Assembly: GCF_000143415.4 (NCBI RefSeq)
Contig: NW_003314279.1
Span: 1,811,679-1,875,678 of the forward strand
DNA length: 64,000 nucleotides
Direction of reading: 5' to 3'
Source of the DNA: Selaginella moellendorffii
Taxonomy: Eukaryota > Plantae > Lycopodiophyta
Part shown: piece by piece, positions 39,301-50,200 of the stretch
Numbering within the stretch: position 1 is the first letter of the stretch
How the letters are laid out: each line of letters starts with the position of its first letter
Made by a program: the position numbers and the translations under genes
Notes under the pieces: generated by a model
What the model was told of the DNA's origin: nothing
Seen by the model: only the letters and a program-made list of their open reading frames with translations
The model's database searches: none

Positions 39301-42130
39301 TAGAAATGGAGTTCAACTTGCAATAATCAACGCAGAATCTGGTTGTGCCATCCTTCTTCTCGACGAGAACCACTGGCGCTGCCCAGGGTGATGATGAAGG
39401 CTCAATTATGTCAGCATCTAACATTTTCTTAATCTCCTTGGAAACAATCTTCCGCTGTTTGGGAGTTTCACGGTATGCATGCTGCTTGATTGGTCTGCTT
39501 GAGGAAGTATGGATCTCATGACAAAGCATATCAGTTTTGCCCAGGTCAAGAGTTCCAGTACTAAAAATCTCCCGGTACTGCCACAGCAACTCATCAAATT
39601 CAGAAACGAGATCCGTACCTGAGAGCATATCTCCAACTTTTAGTTCTCCTTTTATCCTCCCAAGGAATTTTAGAGCCTCCTTATCTAGTGGCAGCTTTTC
39701 CGACGGCATACAGCTCACTCCCCTAACATAATTTTTGAATGGTTCTGGCAATCCAAGAGCATCCAGACCATAAGCAGCTGTATAGCGCACAATGTCTGAG
39801 ATATCTTTGCATGCTGCCTCGGCTATAGGATCACCCGACTTGACATTCACTGTGGAGGTTGTCAAGTTTGCCATAAGGATGTCAGGCTTGTCCTTATATG
39901 CAGAACTAATTATTCCATTAGCTACTGACATGCCTCTCTAGAGTGCCTGATACGAGGACCACAAGTGATGAACATTCCCTTGCAGCAACAAATAAAGAAT
40001 TGTGTTGGGACAAATACCTACATGTACTGGGCATGAATACATGCAGCATGGAACAAAACAAATTAAATCACAACCTGTGACATAGGAGGAATCGTAATGT
40101 CTGCGTCCACTTTTAGTAGCATCACCTTTCGATCAACCAAAAATACTTCGTTTGCAATTGCCTCTGCAAAGAGCAACCACAGCTTGTGAGGCAACATCAA
40201 TCTGGATGCCATGTTACCTTTGCATGGCTCCTTCCACAGATACATCCCTTGCTTGATTGGAGCAAATGTTTTAAACTCAGAAGTGCAACAAAAGGCTTTG
40301 TGTGAAGATTCAGGTTAAGCAGACCCCCCAACTTCACAGGTCTGTGACCATTGGAGAAAGTGAGTTGCCTCTCCCTTATTTCAATCTTTGCATCTATAGC
40401 ATCCATCCAATCAAGTCCCAACAATGCTGTATTTGCACATGTGACTATACATGTCATCCTCACTGCTGTGTCCCCAACCTTTCCTTCTATATTTGAACCC
40501 TATAGATTGTCTCTCAAGTTGTTCTTTTTGATTGCTTACACTATAGTTACAAGATTTTGTTGTGGTTATGATATAGTGGACCAAAAGAAGATCAATTCGT
40601 TATCTCTATGGTTGAGCTCAGATTTCTCTAAGAGAGTGGTGGCCATGGTGGACACAGGCTATGAAGTGACAACAGTGCCAGAAAAGTGGGTAACCGAGGC
40701 CTCCAAGGTGGTATGCCCTTGTCATCACATACGTATACACATGGTCAATGATGAGTTATATACACCTCGAGGTCTAGTCGATCTTGATTTGAAGGGGATG
40801 CTGACTTTTTAGGGCTAAGGCAATTGAGTTGGATAGAGTCTAGAGTTGGTGTAGAAAAGTGGCCGTATATCTTGTAGTATAATATGATCTTTTGCCACAC
40901 ATCCCACCTAGGGCCCATGAACAAAAGTGCATCCCCTTTTCCAATTGGTTAAGGGTCTTGGGATATTTGGGTTAAGCGTTCTAGGGTTTGAATAGTACTG
41001 GGCTAGGTGACCTCTCGGGAAGTCCAAATTCAAGAGTTTACATTTGGTATCAGAGAAGTCTCAGGTCTGTTTCCATTGGTTAGTTTAGGGAAATCACACC
41101 TGAGATTAACATCTGGCAAGTTCAGTTTGTTTCCGGCTGGGCTAGACCCGAGGGGTAGGGTGTCAAGAGAGTAAAGCTCTCGGGAGAGATGCGGCTCTCA
41201 ACTTCCATTCACAAGGGTTTGAATTTGCAGAAAAGCATGATGAATTGTAAATAACCAAAGAGAACGGCTTGAGAGACGGACTATAGAGTTCAAATATAGA
41301 GGGAAAGAGCCCATGAATAAGAGTGCAACCCCTTTTCCAATTGGTTAAGGGTTTTGGAATATTTGGGGTTAAATGTCCTTAGGTTTAAATAATACTGGGT
41401 CCCGAGAAGTCCAAATTCAAAAGCTTACATGTAGAAAGAAGGGTAGGGTATCCATTATTTGCGTCTGACCCTTGCACAAGCGCAAGCTCTAGTTTAAATT
41501 CTCTTCCGAAGACTTTGCTTTAAGGGCCTCAACTTGCCAGTTCAAGTCATTGTATCACTTCTCTAGGTCAGCAATGTAGGTACAATTATGCTGAATGTGG
41601 CCTTCTTTCCCACAAGTGTAACAACCAGTCCTTTTGCTAGGTCCCTTGTCCCTTTCCCCATCAGCAAGTGCCAACTGCTTGACACCACTGCCTACCCTAT
41701 ATCTGTTTTGAGACCAGCTACCTCTCGAGAAAGTCTCACCTCTTTTGGCATCATAGTGGTAGTCTTCTGGCTCTCCTGAGTCATCACTCTCTTGTACCTA
41801 TGGCCGAGTAACACATGTTGTAATTGCTTTGGGTTTCCACTTTTTCAATGCTTCTGCTGTTGTAGAAAGCAATTCATCCATAGATCTCGTTTTTGCAGTG
41901 ATCAGATAAGGCTGTAGATCCTCACGAAAGCCTCAATAAAAAGCTTGCTTCACCATCCTTTCTACCTTTTCAATGTCATTAAAGATATATGTGGCAGCCC
42001 GTCATAGAATAGCCCAATATTGCTGCACAATTGATAATTTCTTGTATTGATAAGTTCAAAGGCTCTATCCTCTAGATCCCCAATGATGAAGAGCCTCCTG
42101 GCCAAAGCTATGGCCTCATTCTAGGATGCC
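36317..42130 (-). mobile_element. Degenerate Ty3/gypsy retroelement with short GT-AG introns in pol; disrupted by a TRIM and an inversion
   Basis: Integrase (ILTDRGKEF, TNGMVERFN), RNase H (QCDAS), RT ([20 protein letters not shown]), protease (MVDTG / LLGLDWM), gag remnants 41430-42130; candidate single LTR 36317-36682 (TGTTAT...ATAACA). Confidence 0.85.
40478..41429 (+). mobile_element. Cassandra-like TRIM copy 1 (5S rRNA-like LTRs); 5' LTR split by an inversion
   Basis: 3' LTR 41246-41429 (TGTAA...TTACA); 5' LTR pieces 40478-40540 (inverted) and about 40911-41042; PBS TGGTATCAGAG; TSD TATAG/TGTAG. Confidence 0.85.
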
Positions 42131-42365
42131 ATTTGATCTCGAGCATAGTGTGTGATAAACATTCTTTGTGCCTCTCTTGAGAAAGCTATAGAGTGAATGC
42201 ATTGCATAGTGAGGGTATGTGCGGAAAAAGATAAAAATTGTGGCCCAAGAAGTGATGGAATGGATGGAATGGAGGCCATATTATGGTGGATGATACAGAA
42301 GAGGACTATGTGTGGTCTGATGTCACAATTGGAAGTAGTAGCTAATATTGGGATTTGATGTAGAG

Positions 42366-45228
42366 CAGTGTGTAACAAAGTATTTTTAGTGTACTGGAAA
42401 AAATCCTTGAATACTTAAAATGAATAGGATATATTTTTTTTGTACCGGCATAATCCTTAAAAGAGGAAATCTCATTCGGATAAATTCCTTAATATATGAA
42501 AACTATAAGGAAGTTAAACATCTACAAACCGTCACTTTAGCTTATATAAATATGCCTATAAGTTGCACCTTCCTTCCATGCTTGCACCACTGTTTCGAAA
42601 TCAAACTCAGCTATTGGCGGACCCTCAATGGAGATCCTCACAAGCTCGTCAACCATCTCCGTCCCCATCTGGTTTCGAAACTTATTCTTCACCAAGTTGA
42701 TTCTACTAAACCCACGCTCACATGATGCAGTATTGCAGCATTGAACCATGCCGACCATTGCCAACTTCAGCAAGTTGGGATACTTCTTCGTCCAGATACT
42801 GTGAGCATAAATCATCCATGAAAGTTTTCCCCTTCCACTCCTCGGAAGCTATTATCTTCCATAAACTGTACTCTTCAGCCAGATCTGCTTCATTGATCAT
42901 CCCTGTGTAGAACTTTCCAAGTTCCTGAACCTCAAACTTACCAAAAGCTTTCAACTCACGCACTGATGAAGGTAAGTTGATAGGAGCTAAAAAGTGGAAC
43001 TTGGAGAGAATACCAGTCGCCTCAGAGTCCTGTAACCTGGTCCTTATACCCTCCAAAAGACTAGTGCCAAAGTTCTTTTGAAACTCTAGTACCTCCTCCA
43101 AATCTTCTCCATGAATCGACCTGATCATTTCCACGTCTCTGTATTCGTTTCCCTTAACTGATGACCTGAGCTCATCCAAAGGACCATTGCGACGTCCACC
43201 ATCTGGGATTATAGGATATCCTCTGCTATCCAACTGAAAACCATTCAAATCCACCTGCTTATCCAAATAGTATACCTGTATCTTGGCCATAGTTGCCTTG
43301 CATAAAGGTGCAACACTAGTCACGTCCATAGTCTGTGCTTGAAACTCCAGGTTCAGCTGATTTACCACTGCCAAGATATCTCCTAGAAAGTGGAGTGCAT
43401 AAAGGAACTTGAAACTCCTGAGACAGTCATACAGCTTCCTTGTTTGAGTTGTTCTCCCATCCTTAAAAAACTTGAGTAGTGGTTCCAGACACTCACACAT
43501 CCTGGTAATGGCTCCACCCCTGCTCAACCAACGTGTCTGCTGGATCCGCAACACCTTCAACACCTTGAATTCTAGCTCGTCCTGTAGTGCCTGTAGCTGC
43601 TGCAACCTGCTAGAACTCCTTGAGAAAAAACTGGCTACCTTGTTCACCACCTGATCCACTTCATCGCAAAGATTATGAACTGCTGGATTCTTGTAGACGT
43701 CCTCCACACATAAGTTAGCTCTGTGTGAAAGACAATGTGTGGAGGTCATGAATGGATTGACCTCCTTCAACCTTGCTGCAACCCCTGTCCTGTTTCCTGT
43801 CATAACATTGCAGCCGTCTGAACCAAACCCCACAAACCTGCTCATATCCAACCCCCAATCCTGCAGTGAAGCTATGGTGGTGTTAAAAATCACCTCTGCA
43901 GAACTATTGTTCACCATTGACAAGCCTAAATAGCTTGTCAACACCCTTGCGTCGTGGATGTAGGTCACGTAAAAGATGAGGTGTTTATTGGTACTGCATT
44001 AACAAATTTAGAACCAAGAATATCACTAATCAGCTTTACCTTATATTCGTGCTCTCATCTAGCATTATTCCAAAGAATGGGCTAGCTTTAACTTTCTCCA
44101 AAATTTGATCTAAGAGCACCTACACAACAAAATTCAGTCAAGGTTTATCATCAGACTTTAGCTCACCTTGTTGATGAAAGTGATGAAGCGTGAGTAGGCC
44201 ATCACGTTCTTGTACATGCTAGGAACATAAACTCCGTTCAACTGTTGTAGCTTCAGAAGCAATGGGTATTTGCGAAGAGGAACAAAACCTTGTGCAATAG
44301 CATAAGCAATCCTAAACAAGCAAATAACTCCCTTCTCTGCTGCCTCTTGTTGCCGATCATTTGCAGCTGCCATGGAGGATTGACCGCCAGCTTTCACCTC
44401 AGCTATGTAAATGGAATGCTTGTGATCTTTTGTTTGCCCATGAGCATGGAAACTTGAAGTCTTCATGTTGGTGGAACCTGATGTACCAAATGGATTCTTG
44501 CAATTCTTGTTGGTACGGCATATTGAGCAGAAGATCAGTGCTGTAATGCAAGTAGGATTAGATGAAAAATCAAGAAAATTATTACCATTTTTCTGATCAA
44601 AATGCAACCACCGCCATTTTATGACCCATGCAGGTTGCCACTTCCCCCTACGAATTTTCTTCTCCTTCTCCTCTACTGATGCAGCATCACCTTCTCCCAC
44701 TTCACATCCCTCCTCAGGCTCAGTCCCCTCCAGGTTGTCCTCATCTACAAAACCTCCTCTCTCCACAATGGGGGCAAAACTTAACAAAGATTGCTTTGAT
44801 TGAGCAATGGCTTTTGCAGCAGCCTTGCTCCTACCTGTAGGCACCCTCCCCATTTCCCAGATGATCTCCCCACCAAAATCTATGTTCACGCACGCCCACG
44901 TGAACATTGTGAAAGAATATTCTAACCTTAGATTAATGACATGGTTTACTTAGTGTAACTATGTTTAGTTAGTGTTAACTAAGATTGATGATTATTTATT
45001 TAATCTTGTTAATTAGAATTAATTAAACATAATTAACCATGAAACCCTAATCCTCAAAAGGTAGGTGAATGTACCGGCAGGATTCCTTATAACATCCAAA
45101 TGTACTGGATCTAGCCTTATATGAGATTTTTTGCACCGGTCGTATATCCTTGTAACTTTGTTTTGTACCGGCAATTCTGAAATGGTACCGGCGGGGTACA
45201 AAGGAGCCTCGGACTTTGTTACACACTG
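42366..45228 (-). mobile_element. Complete hAT DNA transposon
   Basis: 16-bp TIR CAGTGTGTAACAAAGT; perfect 8-bp TSD ATGTAGAG; subterminal GTACCGG motifs. Confidence 0.97.
42537..44853 (-). pseudogene. hAT transposase (ZNF862-like clade) with short introns and one frameshift near 42815
   Basis: IFCSIC..H...H zinc finger, GFGSDG, HCLSHR, TRWLSR, TASCERGFS dimerisation domain. Confidence 0.88.
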
Positions 45229-47256
45229 ATGTAGAGTGTAAGATGAAATGGCCAAATGCAGCTGGAAGCATGTGGAGTGAAAAGATTTATTTGCTCCACT
45301 GATGAGTGGCTGGATGTTTGTTCTATGTATTCCCAATTGACTGAAGAAAAGAGCTAGAATGTCTCTAGATTTACTGCAAGTCTTATACTATGATGGTTTA
45401 AATTGTATCTTTTGTCTCCAACATCCAAAAAATTTGATTTTTGTTGCATTATATTGTTGAAAGTCTTCTCAATAGAGTGATGTTGGAAGATCCTAAGTAC
45501 CATATATATATGGTGTGGAAATAATGAAAAACAGAGAGTGGGTATTTGTGATGATGGAATGCAATAATTATAAAAGTGAATAGAGTAAAGATTTGTGAAT
45601 GTAAATGAATAGGAATGAAGAGGAGGATGTGTTCCCAAAAGTGATAGAGACAAGAACCTGGGAACCAAGAGGAAAGGTCGAAAGATGAATGAGCTCTTAG
45701 ACAAGTGGAGTTAAGGCCACCTTGAGGCTAGAATCTAAGCTTGAGCTTGTGTTGGCAAGAGGATATGGCCTGGAAGGACATGAGAAACAAGTGAAAACAA
45801 AGAGGAAAAGAAAAAAAAGTTAAAAGCCCAAAGAGAGGAGAGAATTTACTAAGCTTTTCTTGAGTGTTGTTGTGAAGGAGTTCCCTTTTGGAGGGCAAAA
45901 GAAATCCTAGAGAGGGCCTTGGATTCCATAGAAAGTTGAGCTAAAGTTAGGCATGATGATCCAAAGCTTGCGGTGTCGAGAGAATTCGATGAGACTTGGA
46001 GTATGGTGTCTAGCTGTGCTAGCTGCTCCTGGATGGAGAATGTTGATGCTGTTGAAGGGGAGAAACTCACACTAAGTGCTTGTAGAAGTCTAGTGGGCAA
46101 AAAAAGTGTTGATGCTTGGGAAAGCTACCACAAAATCAAATGAATTTTGTGGCTATGGTCAGGTTGGGCCATTAGAGTGAAAGAAATATAAAAAAGTACG
46201 AGATAAGGGGGAGAAACCTTAAAATCATACTTGGTATTATTGCATTGCAACTAATCTATACCAAGGATGAAGTCAAAAGCTTAACTCAGCACCAATTTGA
46301 ATTTCAAGTTTGAGATCTCCCACACCCACAGTTAGGTCAGCCTCATCCTATGTATATGCATGTGTATAGCTATTACCATAAAAATGAAAATTGGCTCTAC
46401 AGCAAAATTGAACTATAATTGACAATGTGTGGCAATAGGTTGAGCAATAGAAGATAAACTTAAGCCTATATCAATCAATATGAAAAGAATAATAAAAAAC
46501 CTTTTGTTATAAAAATGAGTTCGGAAAGTAAACATTGGATGAACTAGTGCCTGTAAGACATAAATCCTTAAGCCCTAAAGTGGGGCCGAAAGGGTGCCAC
46601 ATGATAGTGGCCAAAGTGGAATTTCAACAAGCATAACATGTTTTGACTAAAAGCTTTGACTCAAAAAGTTAAGAGTAGAAGTGGAACTCCTAACGAAATG
46701 CTTAAAAAATGAGTATAAAGTGATCAATAAGTGAGTCTCTAGAAAGGGATACAAGATGGACACACAGTTGAATAAATAAACTCAGTTGATGGTAGTATTC
46801 ATAGCTTGTGGTATAGCTCCTTTTGCTTTTGTTACAAATCTTCATATTGAATAGAGTCTTTTCATGGGAATCTTAGGGATGATATATACCATTGGTTTAA
46901 TCACTATATAGTGATTACCACCTATCATTCTTAAAATGATGCTTGCCATTTATGTGAGTTTCCCATGTGTTTTTAAGGGACTTAGATTTTATCAATTTAT
47001 ATTTTTTAAATATATCTAGAACCATTTTGCATTCCCAACTTATGAGGTTTAATATAAATGTGCTTAGCATTGCAATGGGACAATAGTTTAAGTGTAACCA
47101 CTCATGCAAATTGGAGCTTTCTCTTGAATTTTTTCAAATGTGCATTTACGTATGCTAATGATTATGATGATACCTTCCAACAATTATATTGTCTTTATCA
47201 ATGGCCGCCTGAATTAATAATACAATTTGGCATTCGCTTCCAAAGTTTCTTGTTTT

Positions 47257-50200
47257 TGTCAAGACCCCTGACAAGATCAAGACTGGAAAATGCAAAAAGA
47301 CAAAGAGAAAAAGCTAGTGGAAACAAAGAAGAGGCCTTAGACTGGCGTTGATTCAGATTGTGGAGAAATGGAACAAGGCTAACCTATATATACTATAGGT
47401 TGATGAAGCTCCACCACTCTTGGATCGAGGACGGCCTAAATATAGCTGTGGTCGAGGAGGCGCCACATCATCATTAGGAATATGGCTCGAGACTCAGGAA
47501 TCGGAAAGTGTCTCGAGAGTCAGGAATAGGGAAGTATCTCGAGAGTCAGGAATAGGGAAGTGTCTCGAGAGTCAGGAATGTGGTCTGCAGGTCAGGAATG
47601 TGGCAAGAATTAGGGGATTCCTGACAGCACCCCCTCCTCAAGAACGAGTGGAACGAGGATGTGAACGAGAACGAAGAGGAGGATGAGATGAGCGGCGATG
47701 GATGGGAGATGGAGAAAAAGAATGAGGACTGGGACGAGAAGGATAGTGTCGGTGGAAGTCCTGAACAAGGTCAGGAGAATGAATCAGGTTGTCCGCAGGT
47801 TCCCAAGTGTGTTCCTCAGGTCCGTAACCCTTCCAGTCCACCAGATAGTAGAGTTTAGACCATGAAATCTTGGAATCAAGGATGTCCTGAACCTCGTACT
47901 CAGACCCATCCTCGAGCTGCACTGGTGGAGGCGGAGGAATGACCCGATTTGGAATTGAATTTGATATGAGGAGGGAAGTGCAAGGCGATAAGTGACAGGA
48001 TTAATGATGGCAGTGATAGGGAAAGGACCAAGGCGTTTGAAATCGAGTTTTGGACAGGGCCTGGTGGTGGAGATATTTCGCCTGAAGAGCCAGACTTTAT
48101 CCCCGATATTGTAAGGGGGACAATCCTGACGATGGACATTGGCAAATGTTTTATGAGATTCCTGAGCACGATGGAGGTGGAAGGAGATGGAGTTGTGGAT
48201 TTCCTGGAGGTTGGAGATAAATGCTTTAGAGCGGGGATTTGAACGAGAGGATTCAGATGGAGAAGGAAGTGAGAGATTGAATTGGGGATTTCGGCCAGAG
48301 TTTGCAAAGAAGGGGGAAACTCGAAGAGAGGAGTGAACAGAGTTGTTATAGGAGAACTCAGCAAGGGGAAGGATATCGAACCAGTTATCCTGATGATAGT
48401 TGATGAAGCACCTCAAGAATTGTTCCAACGTCTGAATCATTCGCTCGGACTGCCCATCAGTTTGAGGATGATATGCCGAAGAGAGGTTGGCCTTCACTCC
48501 AAGCAGCTGCAAAAACCGTTGCCAGAAATGAGAGATGAACTGAGGCCCTCGATCCGAAACCACATCTGTAGGAATCCCATGAAGTCGGAAAATTTCCCTG
48601 AATACCAGTTTTGCCATGTCCTCGCCCGAAAACTCCTTGGTACATGGCAAGAAGTGCGCCATCTTTGTGAAGTGATCCACCACGACTAAAATGCTGTTGA
48701 AGCCTCCAGAACTCAGAAGATCACTCAAGAAATCCATGGAGATGGATTCCCAAGGACCTGAAGGGACCGGAAGGGAACGAAGCAAACCTAAAGGAAGGTG
48801 GCGAGGTACCTTATTCCGGGCACAAGTGTCACAGGAGGTAACAAAAGCTTGATGTAGTCGTCCATGTGAGGCCACCAAAAGTCCCGTGCAACTAGCTCAT
48901 AGGTTTTCGCAATGCCGAAGTGACCAGCAATCGGGCTATCGTGGCACGCCATCAGGACCAACCTTCGAGCATCACCTTCAGGAACATAAAGCTGCTCCCC
49001 ACGGTACAATAAGCCATCTAAGAACTCGAACTCGTCAAATCGCCGGCAATTGGGAGTCACTGGGTGTCCAGCTTGAAGATGGGGGAAAATGTCGCTAGCA
49101 AGATCATCGGATTGAAGATCGTTTCTGATTGCATCCATCAAGGAGGAGTCCTGAGGGGCCAGGGAAATTGCCATAACTTGAAGCCGATCAGGACCGAGGA
49201 TAACTTGATCCTGTTGATTGAAGGCAGGATTACCAGGCCTGAGACTGAGATAGGAGCGCCTTGAAAGAGCATCAGGAAGGCCTTGAAACTTTCCAGGTCT
49301 GTACTTGATAACAAAGTCAAACCGGCTCAGGAATTGTGCCCACCTTGCTTGACGACGGCTTAAAACTCGGGAAGTGGCAAAGTACTTGAGATTTTTGTGA
49401 TCCGTCCAGACTGTTGTTTGATGGCTCGCCCCCTCCAAGAAACGGCGCCACTCTCCAAAGGAATCCACGATGGTAAGGAGCTCCTTGTCGTGGATTTCGT
49501 AATTGATCTCCGCAGGCTGGAATTTCCGAGAATGGAAAGCGACCGGATGAAGTTCGTGATCCGCTCCGAGTTGAGACAGCACAGCACCAATGGCAAAGTC
49601 AGAGGCGTCAGCCTCGATGAAGAAAGGTTGTGAGGAATCAGCATGGATCAAGACAGGAGCAGAACTGAAGGCCGCCTTGAGTGTGTCGAAAGTCTGCTGG
49701 GCAGCAGCAGACCAAGAGAAGGGAACATCCTTGCGAGTGAGATATGTGAGAGGAAGGACAATGTCAGAGTAGTAATCAATGAATTTGCGGTAGAAGTTGG
49801 CGAAGCCAAGGAAAACCTGAACGTCCGACATTGATTGTGGAGGCTCCCATTCGAGAATAGTCTTGACTTTGGCAGGATCTATCGTGATATCTTCAGGAGT
49901 GACAATGTACCCAAGGAACTCCACAGACTGCTGATCAAAGGAACATTTCTCAAGCTTCGCGTATAGGCCATGTTCTCGCAGCTTCGCTAGCACCTTGCGT
50001 ACATGTTCGCCATGCTCCTCCTGAATTTTTGAGTAGATGAGGATGTCATCGAGGTAGACAATCACCATCTGATCAAGAAACTCCCGAAAGACGTCGTTCG
50101 CCATGTGTTGGAAAACTGCTGGAGCATTTGTCAAGCCAAATGGCATGACAGTGTACTCGAAGTGGCTATAGCGGGTTCGGAATGCAGTCTTCCACTCATC

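Noticed and set aside
40351-40812. Independent + strand retroelement protease
   Set aside because: Explained as the inverted N-half of the - strand gypsy protease.
40969-41026. 5S rRNA gene
   Set aside because: Only the central ~55 nt match, and they lie inside TRIM LTRs; the 5S termini are missing.
47484-47605. CRISPR-like array
   Set aside because: Head-to-tail repeats without unique spacers, inside eukaryotic LTRs, with no cas genes.
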